Positions 1 through 8,656 are shown, counted from the first letter of the stretch. The stretch is 23,506 nt of DNA from a bacterium (GCA_043822925.1 JBDRBF010000052.1:1-23506), one strand, 5' to 3'. Numbers and translations are program-made. Notes: a model not told the origin generated them from the sequence alone.

Positions 1-815
1 CCATCGATATTTGTTTTAGTGAGTTCGCGTACAGCAATGTATCCATAACTATCAAGTTCTATTTGGTTTTGCAAAAAACCGGTGTTTGGCTTGAGGCCGA
101 TAGCTAAAAATACCCCAGAAACATGTATGTCTGTTTCTGTGTTATCGAGTATGTTTTTTATGCGTACATGTGTAACATTTTCACTGTTACCAGAAATTTC
201 TTTGACGACCGAATTATATAAAAACGATACTTTTGGATTTTCAAGCACTTTAAATTTGATGGGGTCTTTGCCGGTTAATTCATGTGAATTTTGTATGACG
301 GTGATTTTTTTTGCAAAATGGGCCAGATGCGCAGCTTCGGTCATTGCTGAGTCGCCGCCGCCGATTATGACAATTTCTTTGTCTGTATAAAATGGGGCAT
401 CGCATGTGGCGCAGGTCGATACGCCTTTGCCGAAGTATTCTGCTTCGCCTGGGCAACCGAGACGTTTGCTTGATGCACCGGTTGCTATTATTATGCTTTT
501 TGCCTGAATAATTTTATTGCTTTGTGTTGTGAGTGTAAATAGATTTTCAGGCGTTTTATTGAAATTGACTGAAGCTATTGTATCTGAAAGAAGTTCGGCG
601 CCACAACTTTGGGCATGTTTTTTCATGTTATCCATAAGTTCATAACCTGAAATAGACGTGTTGCCGGGCCAGTTTTCTATATAGGTTGTTGTGGTGAGTT
701 GGCCGCCAGGCTGATCGCCTTCTATAATAATTGTTTTGAGTTTGCCGCGTGATGCGTAGATTCCTGAGGTTAAGCCTGCGGGGCCTGAACCTATTATTGC
801 GATATCGTATTTCAT
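1..815 (-). CDS. trxB: Thioredoxin-disulfide reductase (3' end runs off the window; absent from the ORF track)
   Basis: Manual translation from ATG at 815: MKYDIAIIGSGPAGLTSGIYASRGKLKTIIIEGDQPGGQLTTTTYIENWPG... with FAD GxGxxG, redox motif CATCD and NADPH-binding IIGGGDSA. AGGA RBS just upstream. Confidence 0.95.
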   Translation of the reverse strand, partial: MKYDIAIIGSGPAGLTSGIYASRGKLKTIIIEGDQPGGQLTTTTYIENWPGNTSISGYELMDNMKKHAQSCGAELLSDTIASVNFNKTPENLFTLTTQSNKIIQAKSIIIATGASSKRLGCPGEAEYFGKGVSTCATCDAPFYTDKEIVIIGGGDSAMTEAAHLAHFAKKITVIQNSHELTGKDPIKFKVLENPKVSFLYNSVVKEISGNSENVTHVRIKNILDNTETDIHVSGVFLAIGLKPNTGFLQNQIELDSYGYIAVRELTKTNID

Positions 816-827
816 GGTTTTCCTAAT

Positions 828-1748
828 TTAGGCGAGAGCGTTCTTGAGAAATTTTTGTACTTTTCTTTCATACATGTGTGGGTAATACGTATGCAGCCAG
901 CCATGGCGACATCGTGGTCCAACCCAAACTTTGGTGTTCTTATTGTGGGCATGAGCGTACAGATTTAAACTATTTTCAGGTGGGATAAATGCATCGTCGC
1001 AGGAGTGTATAAAAAGTATCGGTTTATCTATGTGTTTGATACTTTCTACCGGGGACATTTTACTAATATCGCAACGGGCACAATAGTGAAACATTGAGCG
1101 TAAGATTGGAAAAAATGGATAGTGTGGCAAATTACATTTAAGTGAAAATCCACGTAAAAACATTTTGCGCAGGTCAGAAAATGCTGAATCTATAATAAGC
1201 GCATCACAAAGAGTTGGGCATTTTTCTAATGCTTTGATGCATGATGAGCCTCCCATTGAGATGCCTAGTGCGATAGTTGGAATTGTTTTTGAGCATTGTT
1301 CTTTTAAGAATTTTACTCCGGCAATAACATCTTTGTATTCATGGCATCCAAGAGATGTATGGGTGCCTTCGCTTTGGCCGTGTGCTCTAAAGTCGAACAT
1401 TAAAATATTAAAATTGGGGAACATTTTAAGCAGGCCAAACATATGTTCTTTAAAACCATGAAAGCCGTGGCAGAGTAAAATATTGGCTTGAGCGTTTTTT
1501 TTCTTGAAATAGAGGCCAGATAGTGCGATTTTATCTGATGTTTTAAACGTTACTTTTTGGATGTTTGGGTATTGTAGGAGTTCTTGGCGAATTTCGTGAG
1601 CTATTTCTGATTGTTTTTTCCCATAAATTACATGGTCACCAACGCCGGTAACTACTTGTACGGTGTAATAAGAAAATGACAAAAGTATTACGAGTGAGAA
1701 GAATATAACGGGTATGATGATTTTAGCTCTTAAAACAGGTGCAATCAC
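828..1748 (-). CDS. Alpha/beta hydrolase with N-terminal membrane anchor
   Basis: CHGF oxyanion motif, DFRAHGQSEG, nucleophile elbow GISMG, Asp (DDAFIP) and His (RHGW) triad candidates; hydrophobic N-terminus. Confidence 0.9.
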   Translation of the reverse strand: MIAPVLRAKIIIPVIFFSLVILLSFSYYTVQVVTGVGDHVIYGKKQSEIAHEIRQELLQYPNIQKVTFKTSDKIALSGLYFKKKNAQANILLCHGFHGFKEHMFGLLKMFPNFNILMFDFRAHGQSEGTHTSLGCHEYKDVIAGVKFLKEQCSKTIPTIALGISMGGSSCIKALEKCPTLCDALIIDSAFSDLRKMFLRGFSLKCNLPHYPFFPILRSMFHYCARCDISKMSPVESIKHIDKPILFIHSCDDAFIPPENSLNLYAHAHNKNTKVWVGPRCRHGWLHTYYPHMYERKVQKFLKNALA

Positions 1749-2101
1749 AGACTAAATCCACTATTGTAAATGTTTTTGCCAGCTAAAAAGTGCCAATGAA
1801 GGTGTAGGACGCTTTGTCCTGCGTCTGAGCCGTTATTTGAGACGATGTTAAAGGCTTTTGGCCCGGTTAGGTTATTGCCCAGTTCGGTCATTGCTTTGAC
1901 CATTTCTAGAGCATATTGGTTATCAGTGTCAGTTAAACAGGTTAAGTCGATTATATGTTTTTTAGGTATTATTAAGTAGTGAATGGGCGCTTTGGGGTTT
2001 ATATCAGGAATAACGAGTATAAATTCGTTTTCTTTGATTATCGAAGCCGGTTGTATTTTTTTTTGTATGATTTTGCAGAAGATACATGAATTATCGAACA
2101 T
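1745..2101 (-). CDS. HIT family (histidine triad) nucleotide-binding protein
   Basis: CIFCKII N-terminus, [24 protein letters not shown] triad. Start moved from 2158 to the ATG at 2101 (GGGGA RBS); the longer start runs through palindromic repeats. Confidence 0.92.
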   Translation of the reverse strand: MFDNSCIFCKIIQKKIQPASIIKENEFILVIPDINPKAPIHYLIIPKKHIIDLTCLTDTDNQYALEMVKAMTELGNNLTGPKAFNIVSNNGSDAGQSVLHLHWHFLAGKNIYNSGFSL

Positions 2102-2122
2102 TTTGATCCCCATATGAAAAAT

Positions 2123-2184
2123 CTGTCGCGCCATAGCCGCAGCTGGATGGCCTGCCATCCGAAGCCACGTAGGGCGTAGGATGG
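2123..2184. repeat. Two type-B small palindromic elements abutting the tRNA 3' end
   Basis: CTGTCGCGCCATAGCCGCAG... followed by GGCCTGCCATCCGAAGCCACGTAGGGCGTAGGATGG; similar to 5646-5679 and 15638-15670. Confidence 0.7.
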
Positions 2185-2268
2185 TGCCGAAGGTCGGACT
2201 TGAACCGACATGGTGTTACCACCGCGAGATTTTGAGTCTCGTGCGTCTGCCAATTTCGCCACTTCGGC
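2182..2268 (-). tRNA. tRNA-Leu (anticodon CAA), 87 nt, long variable arm, encoded CCA
   Basis: Reverse complement GCCGAAGTGGCGAAATTGGCAGACGCACGAGACTCAAAATCTCGCGGTGGTAACACCATGTCGGTTCAAGTCCGACCTTCGGCACCA; anticodon stem CGAGA/TCTCG, loop CT-CAA-AA, GTTC T-loop. Confidence 0.97.
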
Positions 2269-2299
2269 ATTCAAAAGAACATTAAAAGAATATGGAGTA

Positions 2300-2327
2300 A
2301 TGCTACCAAATTGAGCCATAACGTCAA
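2300..2327 (-). promoter_or_regulatory. Putative sigma70 promoter for tRNA-Leu
   Basis: TTGACG - 16 nt - TAGCAT with an extended TG motif on the minus strand. Confidence 0.45.
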
Positions 2328-2409
2328 GAATTAGGCGATATTACCTGTAAATTCTTTTGTAATAAAGCAAAAAGAGCCTGAAAACTTTGGTAAAAGCTTT
2401 ATAATAGCT

Positions 2410-2438
2410 TTGACAAGAGTGGGTATTTTAAGTAAATT
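2410..2438 (+). promoter_or_regulatory. Putative sigma70 promoter for the rpsU-rbfA-kdsD genes
   Basis: Perfect TTGACA - 17 nt - TAAATT. Confidence 0.55.
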
Positions 2439-2506
2439 CATAGGTGATTCTCGTAGTTTTGTGACGTAAAAATAAGTTTAACATAAATAAGGGTGGTCAT
2501 TAAAGT

Positions 2507-2716
2507 ATGTCAAAGCCATACAACGTTGAGATTCATGTTCAAGGCAATCTTGAAAAAAGTCTTAAACAACTTAAAAAGAAAATTGAGCGCGAAGGCGTCG
2601 TACGCGATATGAAACGCAGAGTTTATTTTGAACCAAATACTCAGAAAAAGCGTAAACGTTTAATGCGCGCTATCAAAAATAACTTTATTAGAAGTGCAGA
2701 AGCCCTTTTAAGATAG
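2507..2716 (+). CDS. rpsU: 30S ribosomal protein bS21
   Basis: 69 aa basic protein, LEKSLKQLKKKIEREGVVRDMKRRVYFEP pattern typical of S21. Confidence 0.93.
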   Translation: MSKPYNVEIHVQGNLEKSLKQLKKKIEREGVVRDMKRRVYFEPNTQKKRKRLMRAIKNNFIRSAEALLR

Positions 2717-2780
2717 AGTTTTTCGGTTATTCGAATGGTGGTTATATTACTTTCATAGATGCTGTTAAAGTGAGCGATAC

Positions 2781-3167
2781 GTGAACGATATTAAAAAAGA
2801 ACAGAAAAAATCTTTATTACTTCGCAATATATCAACATTATTGTGGGAAGTATCACGGGAAGAGTCTGCTGTTAGTTCGGTGTATATTACACGGGTAGAT
2901 CTTTCTGCTGACGGTGGTATTTGTTATGTGTACTTTGGAGTACATGTTATGTCTCCAGATGATACAGAACAAACTGTTTTTACTCGAGCGCTTGATCGAC
3001 TTAAGCTTTATAAGCCTTCTATTAGAGCAGCCCTTGCTAAGATTTTAACTGGACGATATACCCCAAATCTTTTGTTTTTATTTGATGATAAAAGAGAGAA
3101 AGTTGAGCGCATCAATGAACTTCTCGATAGAGCCAAGCAAGAAATCGATTCAGTCTCTGCAGAGTGA
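2781..3167 (+). CDS. rbfA: Ribosome-binding factor A (divergent)
   Basis: ITRVDLSAD..CYVYF and IRAALAK...RYTPNLLFLFD...RINELL motifs; 128 aa. Confidence 0.88.
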   Translation: MNDIKKEQKKSLLLRNISTLLWEVSREESAVSSVYITRVDLSADGGICYVYFGVHVMSPDDTEQTVFTRALDRLKLYKPSIRAALAKILTGRYTPNLLFLFDDKREKVERINELLDRAKQEIDSVSAE

Positions 3168-4122
3168 TATTCAGCAAGAGATTGTTCGAGTTCTTCTTCA
3201 GGAAGCTCAAGCTATTCATAATTTAGTCGAAAATCTTCCTGTAAGTGCCTGTGATCTTGTACACAGGATTATGCAAACAAAAGGCAAGATAATTTTTTCA
3301 GGTATTGGTAAGTCTGGGATTGTTGGGCAAAAACTTGCTGCAACGTTTTCAGGCGTTGGTATACCGTCTATTTTTATGCATTCAGCTGAGTGTTTACATG
3401 GTGACTTGGGTGTAATTCAGCACGATGATCTCTTTATTGCAATTTCAAAAAGTGGTTCAAGCACAGAGCTTGAATATATTTTTTCTTTTTTAAAAAATCA
3501 TAAAATTTACGGCGTGCTTCTTTGTTGCTCTGGGGGGCCGCTGGCCAAACGAGCAAATTTAGTTGTAGCATTGCCGCTTAAACAAGAAGCGTGTGCGCTT
3601 AATTTAGCGCCAACAAGTAGTTCGACTATTATGATCGCATTTGGCGACGCTGTTGCGCTGTGCGTTAGTAAATTAAAAAAATTTACAAGAAACGACTTTG
3701 CACGTTTCCATCCAGCAGGCACGTTAGGTAAAAAACTTCTTTTGACTATCGAAGAAGTTATGCATCTACACGATGTTCTCCCTTTAATTTCACCTGATAC
3801 GTTATTTAAAGATTTGCTTATTACTATTACGAAGAAAAAATTGGGCATGGGAATAGTTGTTAATTCTGAAAGTAAGCTTTTGGGTGTTATCTCTGACGGA
3901 GATTTGCGTCGGGCGTGTAATCAGGGGCCGTCAGTGTTTGAAAAAACGGCTGCCGAAATTATGACAATAAACCCAAAAACAACGACGCCCTACACACTTG
4001 CAAGCGAAGCGCTTGCATGCATGGAAACGTTTAACATCACCTGTCTTGTCGTTATAGATAATCAAAAAGTTGTTGGGCTTGTTCATATTCATGATATTAT
4101 CAAAACAGGTCTCAATGGCTAG
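3115..4122 (+). CDS. kdsD: KpsF/GutQ family sugar-phosphate isomerase (arabinose-5-phosphate isomerase; SIS plus 2 CBS domains)
   Basis: GIGKSG, HGDLG, APTSSST, FARFHPAGTLG, DGDLRR, HIHD. Start uncertain (3082 TTG or 3115 ATG; both overlap rbfA). Confidence 0.9.
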   Translation: MNFSIEPSKKSIQSLQSDIQQEIVRVLLQEAQAIHNLVENLPVSACDLVHRIMQTKGKIIFSGIGKSGIVGQKLAATFSGVGIPSIFMHSAECLHGDLGVIQHDDLFIAISKSGSSTELEYIFSFLKNHKIYGVLLCCSGGPLAKRANLVVALPLKQEACALNLAPTSSSTIMIAFGDAVALCVSKLKKFTRNDFARFHPAGTLGKKLLLTIEEVMHLHDVLPLISPDTLFKDLLITITKKKLGMGIVVNSESKLLGVISDGDLRRACNQGPSVFEKTAAEIMTINPKTTTPYTLASEALACMETFNITCLVVIDNQKVVGLVHIHDIIKTGLNG

Positions 4123-4124
4123 AG

Positions 4125-4174
4125 CCCTTTGACAAGCTCAGGGTGAGCGCTCATGCTGAGTTCATCGAAGCATG
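4125..4174. repeat. Back-to-back pair of type-A palindromic REP-like elements
   Basis: CCCTTTGACAAGCTCAGGGTGAGCGC overlapping GCGCTCATGCTGAGTTCATCGAAGCATG; matches the consensus CGCTCACCCTGAGCTTGTCGAAGGG seen at 5022, 5601 and 15626. Confidence 0.8.
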
Positions 4175-4203
4175 TTCTGGGTTACTTAGAGAAGGCGTAA
4201 AAC

Positions 4204-5007
4204 TTGGAATACTTGCTTGTGCTTATATTCGTGTTTTTGATAGCTCTTTCTTGGGGATCTTTTCTTAACGTTATTGCCTATCGCTTAGCTTTCGATAAAC
4301 CTTTTTTTACTAAACGTTCACATTGTCCTAACTGTTATGCTGTTATTGCAGCATATGACAATATCCCGTTACTTTCTTGGGTGTTATTGCGTGGCGTTTG
4401 TCGGCATTGTCGCAATAAAATTTCGTATGTTTATCCATTTATTGAGCTTTTAACTGCGCTTGTTATGACTGCGTTATATATAAAAGTTTTTTATGTGCAT
4501 AATATGGGCTTTTATGAATACAGTTTAGAATCTCTTGGTGTTTTTAGTGCGCATGCTCTTTTTTTTACGGGCTTAATTGTTGCTATTGCTATGGATCTGC
4601 GTGCCATGGTTATATCGCAGCTCGTCTCGCTCTGGCTTGTTCCTGTTGCATTTATTTGTGCATATTTTAATTTTCTTGAAATTACATTTTATCAAAGCAT
4701 ATTGGGCGCTTTTTTGGGATATGGGATTTTGTGGATTATCGCGTTTATTTTTAAATTAATAACTAAAAAAGATGGCATGGGTATTGGCGATATGGAACTT
4801 CTTGCTATGATTGGAAGTTTTATTGGTTTTTTTGGTGGATGGGTAAGTTTGACGTTGGGCTCTATTCTTGGCGCTGTTTTTGGCGGCGCATATCTTGCAC
4901 TTACCCATAAAACGCATGCAACACGGATTCCGTTTGGTCCATTTCTTGGTCTTGGCGCTATACTCTATTTCTTCTTAAAAGAAACTATCGTTTCTTTTTT
5001 ATTCTAA
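4204..5007 (+). CDS. pilD: Prepilin peptidase (A24 family, type IV leader peptidase)
   Basis: GSFLNV..YR, RSHCPNC...CRHC zinc-binding domain, YPFIELL, catalytic Asp motifs (MDL, GIGD), IPFGPFL; multiple TM segments. Confidence 0.93.
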   Translation: MEYLLVLIFVFLIALSWGSFLNVIAYRLAFDKPFFTKRSHCPNCYAVIAAYDNIPLLSWVLLRGVCRHCRNKISYVYPFIELLTALVMTALYIKVFYVHNMGFYEYSLESLGVFSAHALFFTGLIVAIAMDLRAMVISQLVSLWLVPVAFICAYFNFLEITFYQSILGAFLGYGILWIIAFIFKLITKKDGMGIGDMELLAMIGSFIGFFGGWVSLTLGSILGAVFGGAYLALTHKTHATRIPFGPFLGLGAILYFFLKETIVSFLF

Positions 5008-5021
5008 AATTACTTGATGTA

Positions 5022-5048
5022 CTCGTACTGAGCTTGTCGAAGTATGAG
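5022..5048. repeat. Type-A palindromic element between the convergent pilD and pilin genes (may act as terminator)
   Basis: CTCGTACTGAGCTTGTCGAAGTATGAG. Confidence 0.7.
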
Positions 5049-5065
5049 CTAACTAAAAAATCTTG

Positions 5066-5560
5066 TCACTCTATGCCCTTCTGAATATTCTGAATCGAAC
5101 GCGATTCGTCTACTTGCCAAACGTCGAGTTTGCCTTTGCCGCCGATATCACCAGCAGCTTTGGCTAAAAAACTGTCCATTTTTGAATATGTTTCGCCGAG
5201 AGATTCTTTTGGCGTATTTAATTTGCCGGTAAAAAAGTGTACGCCTTCTTGTGCGCCGGGGAAATTAAAGCCATAGGTATAGTAAAAATTTTGTTGAGTT
5301 GCGCCTTCTTTGTATCCTGCTGGTTTCCAACCGATGCTTTCTGGGCCAGAAAGATTCATGCAGTATTGTGCATGTTCGGCGAAATATGCCTGTTGAGCTG
5401 TATGTAAAGAAGCTAAGTTCATGGCTACTTCTGCTTGGCGGGCGCGTGAGATATATTTGAAATATTGCGGCACAGATATCGCCGCTAAAAATGCAATAAT
5501 TGCGACGACGATCATGAGTTCGATCAGTGTAAACGCTTTGCTTTTTATATTGTTCTTCAC
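5066..5560 (-). CDS. Type IV pilin-like protein (PilA/PilE family)
   Basis: Class III signal KSKA|FTLIELMIVVAIIAFLAAISVPQY with Glu5; GTG start, AAAAAAGGGGG RBS. Confidence 0.9.
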   Translation of the reverse strand: MKNNIKSKAFTLIELMIVVAIIAFLAAISVPQYFKYISRARQAEVAMNLASLHTAQQAYFAEHAQYCMNLSGPESIGWKPAGYKEGATQQNFYYTYGFNFPGAQEGVHFFTGKLNTPKESLGETYSKMDSFLAKAAGDIGGKGKLDVWQVDESRSIQNIQKGIE

Positions 5561-5600
5561 CTGTCCCCCTTTTTTTTACTTGTACTTTTTTCCCTCCTAT

Positions 5601-5687
5601 GCGCTCACCCTGAGCCTGTCGAAGGGTCGCTCTACCGAGGAGTTTGCTTGTCGCGTCATAGCCGTAAGACGTAGACGGATCGAAGGG
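5601..5687. repeat. Type-A element followed by a degenerate type-A element interrupted by a type-B element
   Basis: GCGCTCACCCTGAGCCTGTCGAAGGG at 5601; then GAGTTT[GCTTGTCGCGTCATAGCCGTAAGACGTAGACGGA]TCGAAGGG. Confidence 0.7.
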
Positions 5688-5780
5688 CTATAAACTAAAA
5701 TCACTATGGCACAAAATAATAGGCCGCATCAATAGTTTATAAAAGAGTCTTAAGTTTATGAAAGAGTCTTATTTTCCTTC

Positions 5781-5832
5781 TTCAGGCGTAACCGCCTGAA
5801 ATTCTCGACAGCCTATGGTTTTAACCATAGGC
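5781..5832. terminator. Two hairpins downstream of sufC
   Basis: TTCAGGCG-TAAC-CGCCTGAA (5781-5800) and GCCTATGGTT-TT-AACCATAGGC (5811-5832). Confidence 0.55.
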
Positions 5833-5834
5833 GT

Positions 5835-6581
5835 TTATGTATTTTGATAACCAGATTCTTCAAGCTTATGGGCAAGTTCTATGGTTCCTGATTTGGTGAT
5901 TATGCCATTTTGCATGATATGCACAAAGTCTGGTACGATATAATCGAGAATGCGTTTATAGTGCGTAATAATTATTAACGATATGTCTGGGTTTTCGTCT
6001 TTAATTTTTTTAAGCGCATTTCCGACGATTTTGAGAGAATCTATATCAAGGCCTGAATCTATCTCGTCTAAAATTGCTAGTTTAGGTTTTAGCATGGCCA
6101 GTTGTAAAACTTCGGCGCGTTTTTTTTCGCCGCCAGAAAAACCGACGTTTATTGATCGATTAAGAAACTGTTGTTCGATATTTAATAGAGCTGCCTGTTG
6201 GGTAAGTAATTTGTAAAAATCTCTCATGGGTAGATGTTTATTTGTATCTCGATATAGTGCGCTATATGCTTGGTATAGAAAGTTTTTGTATGTAACCCCT
6301 TCTATTTCGACTGGGTGTTGCATAGAAAGAAATATGCCCAATCGTGCTCGTTTGTCTGGCGATAGCTTTGATATATCTTGGTTATCGAAAGTAATAGTCC
6401 CAGATTTAATAATATAACCCGGGTAGCCCATGAGTGTGAGTGCAAGCGAGCTTTTGCCCGAGCCATTGGGGCCCATAATTGTATGAATTTCTTGAGCATT
6501 AATTATTAGATTAAGCCCATTAATTACTATTTTATTGTCGATTGAGACTATTAAGTCTTTTATTACTAACAAGTTTTTCAC
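5835..6581 (-). CDS. sufC: Fe-S cluster assembly ABC-type ATPase SufC
   Basis: IMGPNGSGKS, Q.PVEIEGV, RSINVGFSGGEKKRAEVLQ, LDEIDSGLDID, ITHYKRILDY..PDFVH. Start set to the GTG at 6581, 1 nt after the upstream stop; the ORF-track extension to 6731 overlaps the ATPase gene. Confidence 0.93.
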   Translation of the reverse strand: MKNLLVIKDLIVSIDNKIVINGLNLIINAQEIHTIMGPNGSGKSSLALTLMGYPGYIIKSGTITFDNQDISKLSPDKRARLGIFLSMQHPVEIEGVTYKNFLYQAYSALYRDTNKHLPMRDFYKLLTQQAALLNIEQQFLNRSINVGFSGGEKKRAEVLQLAMLKPKLAILDEIDSGLDIDSLKIVGNALKKIKDENPDISLIIITHYKRILDYIVPDFVHIMQNGIITKSGTIELAHKLEESGYQNT

Positions 6582-6582
6582 G

Positions 6583-8178
6583 TTACATGCCCCAAACGGT
6601 AATAACTTTATTGCCGACTGTTTCTTGTCTGGTGTAAATCTTTTCGTCCCAGCTTTTATTTTGTCTATCAAAGATAACGAGGTGCCCTTCTGTGGCGCCA
6701 GAGGTGTCCATGTATTTAGCTGTTTGCTCAAGCCCTTTTACAAGCGTCTTTGCTTTGCTGTGCCAAACTTTAAGTTCAACAACAATGCGCTGCGTTCTGC
6801 CTCCTTCACCCAGTTGGCTTCGAAGGCCAGGCCATGTAATCAGAAGATCGACGCGATCGATACCCAGTGCATACTCCCGGTGAACTTTCCCCCCACCATT
6901 TATTATTCTTTGCAAGAAAGCCATAGTAAATAAGTGTGGGCCGGCTTCTTTGTATGCAAATTTATCAAGCCAGATAGCAGAGTTTTCTCGATAAAACTGG
7001 GTATATTCTGTAAGCATTTTGTGCATATTGATTGAGCCATCTGGGTTTATATACCAAAGTTGTTGATGTGGCATAGTGAGTTGCGTTGAATAGGTTAGTT
7101 CACGAGGCAGAACTTCTTGGTAAATTGGATTAGCAATTACTAAGTTATTATTTCGGCGAGCAATAAGGCCTAGGTCAAGAGCATACTGAAGATCATCGGG
7201 GGGGAAATCTAGCGAAGTGTCAATTCCTGTAATTATCGCATCAATGATATTTCGTATACGCGGTTCTTGTAGCCGATCGACGAGTACATCTATGTGAGTG
7301 TCGCGACGCTTGATAAGTGTTTCTTTAGCAGTTTCAATAATGTCTTTGGTGATGGGCTTGCTGCGATTGGTTTGCATTTCAAAGCATGCTTCTTGAGCCA
7401 AGGCATTTACTAACCATGGTTGGCCTTGAGTAAGTTCAAAAGCATAATCGATGGCCTCTGTATCAAATTTTTGGCCAGATTCTGTTGTATGTTGTAGGTA
7501 AAGTTGTTTGACTTGTTCATGAGTAAAGTCAGCCATGCGTATTGATTTTGTTTTTATATTGAAGGCGCTACCGCCAAGCACCATTTGGTGTTCGGTATCT
7601 GACCAAATACGATAATCGCGAACATCACGTACGCCAATCATGCAAACAGACTGCGGGAATGATTGTGGGCGATCAGGATATCCGGATCGAAGCTGGCGGA
7701 GAACCGAAATTAAGGTATCGCCAACGAGGGTGTCTATTTCATCAATAAAAAGAACAATTGGTTTTTCAGCGTGCGTACACCAGGTGTCTAGAAATGTTTT
7801 GAGCAGGCTGCCAGCGGGAACTTGTTCTTTTTTTAAGTTTTCAAAAGTTTCAAAGATTTGATCTTGTGGCGGTAGCAGTTTTTTTGCTTGATTCTTAAGT
7901 TCTTGCAGAATAATAGGCAGCGCCTTTTCAATGTTCCCACGTAAAGCTTGAGCCGGTTCAACATTGACGTATAATGCTGTGTATGTTCCTTCTTCGTTCA
8001 GTTGGCGTGCAAAGTTGAGCATTGTTGATGTTTTGCCTGTTTGGCGTGGAGCGTGCAGTATAAAGTATTTTTTTTGTTTTATAAGTGTTCGTAGTTCTTG
8101 TTCATTCAGGCGAATTGCTGGGGGTAAGCAGTAATGGTCTTCAGGTTGAACGGGGCCTGCTATAGAGAAAAATTTCAT
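6583..8178 (-). CDS. P-loop AAA-like (STAND-type) ATPase with C-terminal PD-(D/E)xK nuclease-like domain
   Basis: Walker A HAPRQTGKT, Walker B VLFIDEID, GQPWLVNAL, C-terminal REYALG..RVDLLITW...IVVELK...Q...Y. Start ATG at 8178 (MKFFSIAGP) with AGGAG RBS. Confidence 0.85.
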   Translation of the reverse strand: MKFFSIAGPVQPEDHYCLPPAIRLNEQELRTLIKQKKYFILHAPRQTGKTSTMLNFARQLNEEGTYTALYVNVEPAQALRGNIEKALPIILQELKNQAKKLLPPQDQIFETFENLKKEQVPAGSLLKTFLDTWCTHAEKPIVLFIDEIDTLVGDTLISVLRQLRSGYPDRPQSFPQSVCMIGVRDVRDYRIWSDTEHQMVLGGSAFNIKTKSIRMADFTHEQVKQLYLQHTTESGQKFDTEAIDYAFELTQGQPWLVNALAQEACFEMQTNRSKPITKDIIETAKETLIKRRDTHIDVLVDRLQEPRIRNIIDAIITGIDTSLDFPPDDLQYALDLGLIARRNNNLVIANPIYQEVLPRELTYSTQLTMPHQQLWYINPDGSINMHKMLTEYTQFYRENSAIWLDKFAYKEAGPHLFTMAFLQRIINGGGKVHREYALGIDRVDLLITWPGLRSQLGEGGRTQRIVVELKVWHSKAKTLVKGLEQTAKYMDTSGATEGHLVIFDRQNKSWDEKIYTRQETVGNKVITVWGM

Positions 8179-8240
8179 ATAAAGTCTCCTATAAGTCTTA
8201 GTATTATTCAAAAAGTATAGGCTGGCTGGGATAAAAAGCA

Positions 8241-8281
8241 ACGTCCCGTCAGGATCCCAGAACAGGATTCTGACGGGACGT
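8241..8281 (-). terminator. Probable intrinsic terminator after the lipoprotein gene
   Basis: 17-bp stem ACGTCCCGTCAGGATCC / GGATTCTGACGGGACGT; followed on the minus strand by TGCTTTTT. Confidence 0.65.
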
Positions 8282-8338
8282 GTAAGAACTTTACACGAGC
8301 GTATGTGAAAACGCCCTGAAATTTATCTCTGTATGGTC

Positions 8339-8656
8339 TTATTTAAGGTCCGTTTTGTTTTTCTTCGTTTTTTTGCTCTTCTTAGTTTTCTTATTTTTTT
8401 TTGTTTTCTTGTCTTTTTTATCGTGATTTTTCTTGTCTTTATCTTTTATGTTATGCCCAATAACGCCACCAACAATACCGCCAACAGCCGCACCTCCAAT
8501 AGCACCACCTGTTCCACCAGCTGCGCCACCAATAAGCGCTCCTGTGCCGGCACCTATTACTGCCCCTCCAACGGTTTTTTCTTGTTTTGTGCAGCTTGAA
8601 AGCGTAAGCGCGATGCCCAAGACGCTCATAAGAACCGTTATTTTCATGTTTTTCAT
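8339..8656 (-). CDS. Glycine-zipper lipoprotein with Lys-rich C-terminal tail
   Basis: Lipobox LSSC, GGAVIGAGTGALIGGAAGG..GAIGGAAVGGIVGGVIG zipper, (KKx)n tail; AAAAAAGGGG RBS. Confidence 0.8.
   Translation of the reverse strand: MKNMKITVLMSVLGIALTLSSCTKQEKTVGGAVIGAGTGALIGGAAGGTGGAIGGAAVGGIVGGVIGHNIKDKDKKNHDKKDKKTKKNKKTKKSKKTKKNKTDLK

Noticed and set aside
82-390. Plus-strand 102-aa ORF
   Set aside because: Antisense shadow of trxB.
2182-2268. tRNA-Leu as an integration site for the accessory region
   Set aside because: No duplicated tRNA 3' end and no integrase found in the window; flanking genes are housekeeping.
2038-2319. Minus-strand 93-aa ORF and the N-terminal extension of the HIT ORF to 2158
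   Set aside because: They run through tRNA-Leu and/or palindromic repeats; no coding signature.
4125-5687. CRISPR array suggested by recurring ~30-bp palindromes
   Set aside because: Copies are dispersed, degenerate and in both orientations, without regular spacers or cas genes.
6582-6731. N-terminal 50-aa extension of SufC
   Set aside because: Overlaps the conserved C-terminus of the ATPase gene; a GTG at 6581 gives a normal-length SufC.
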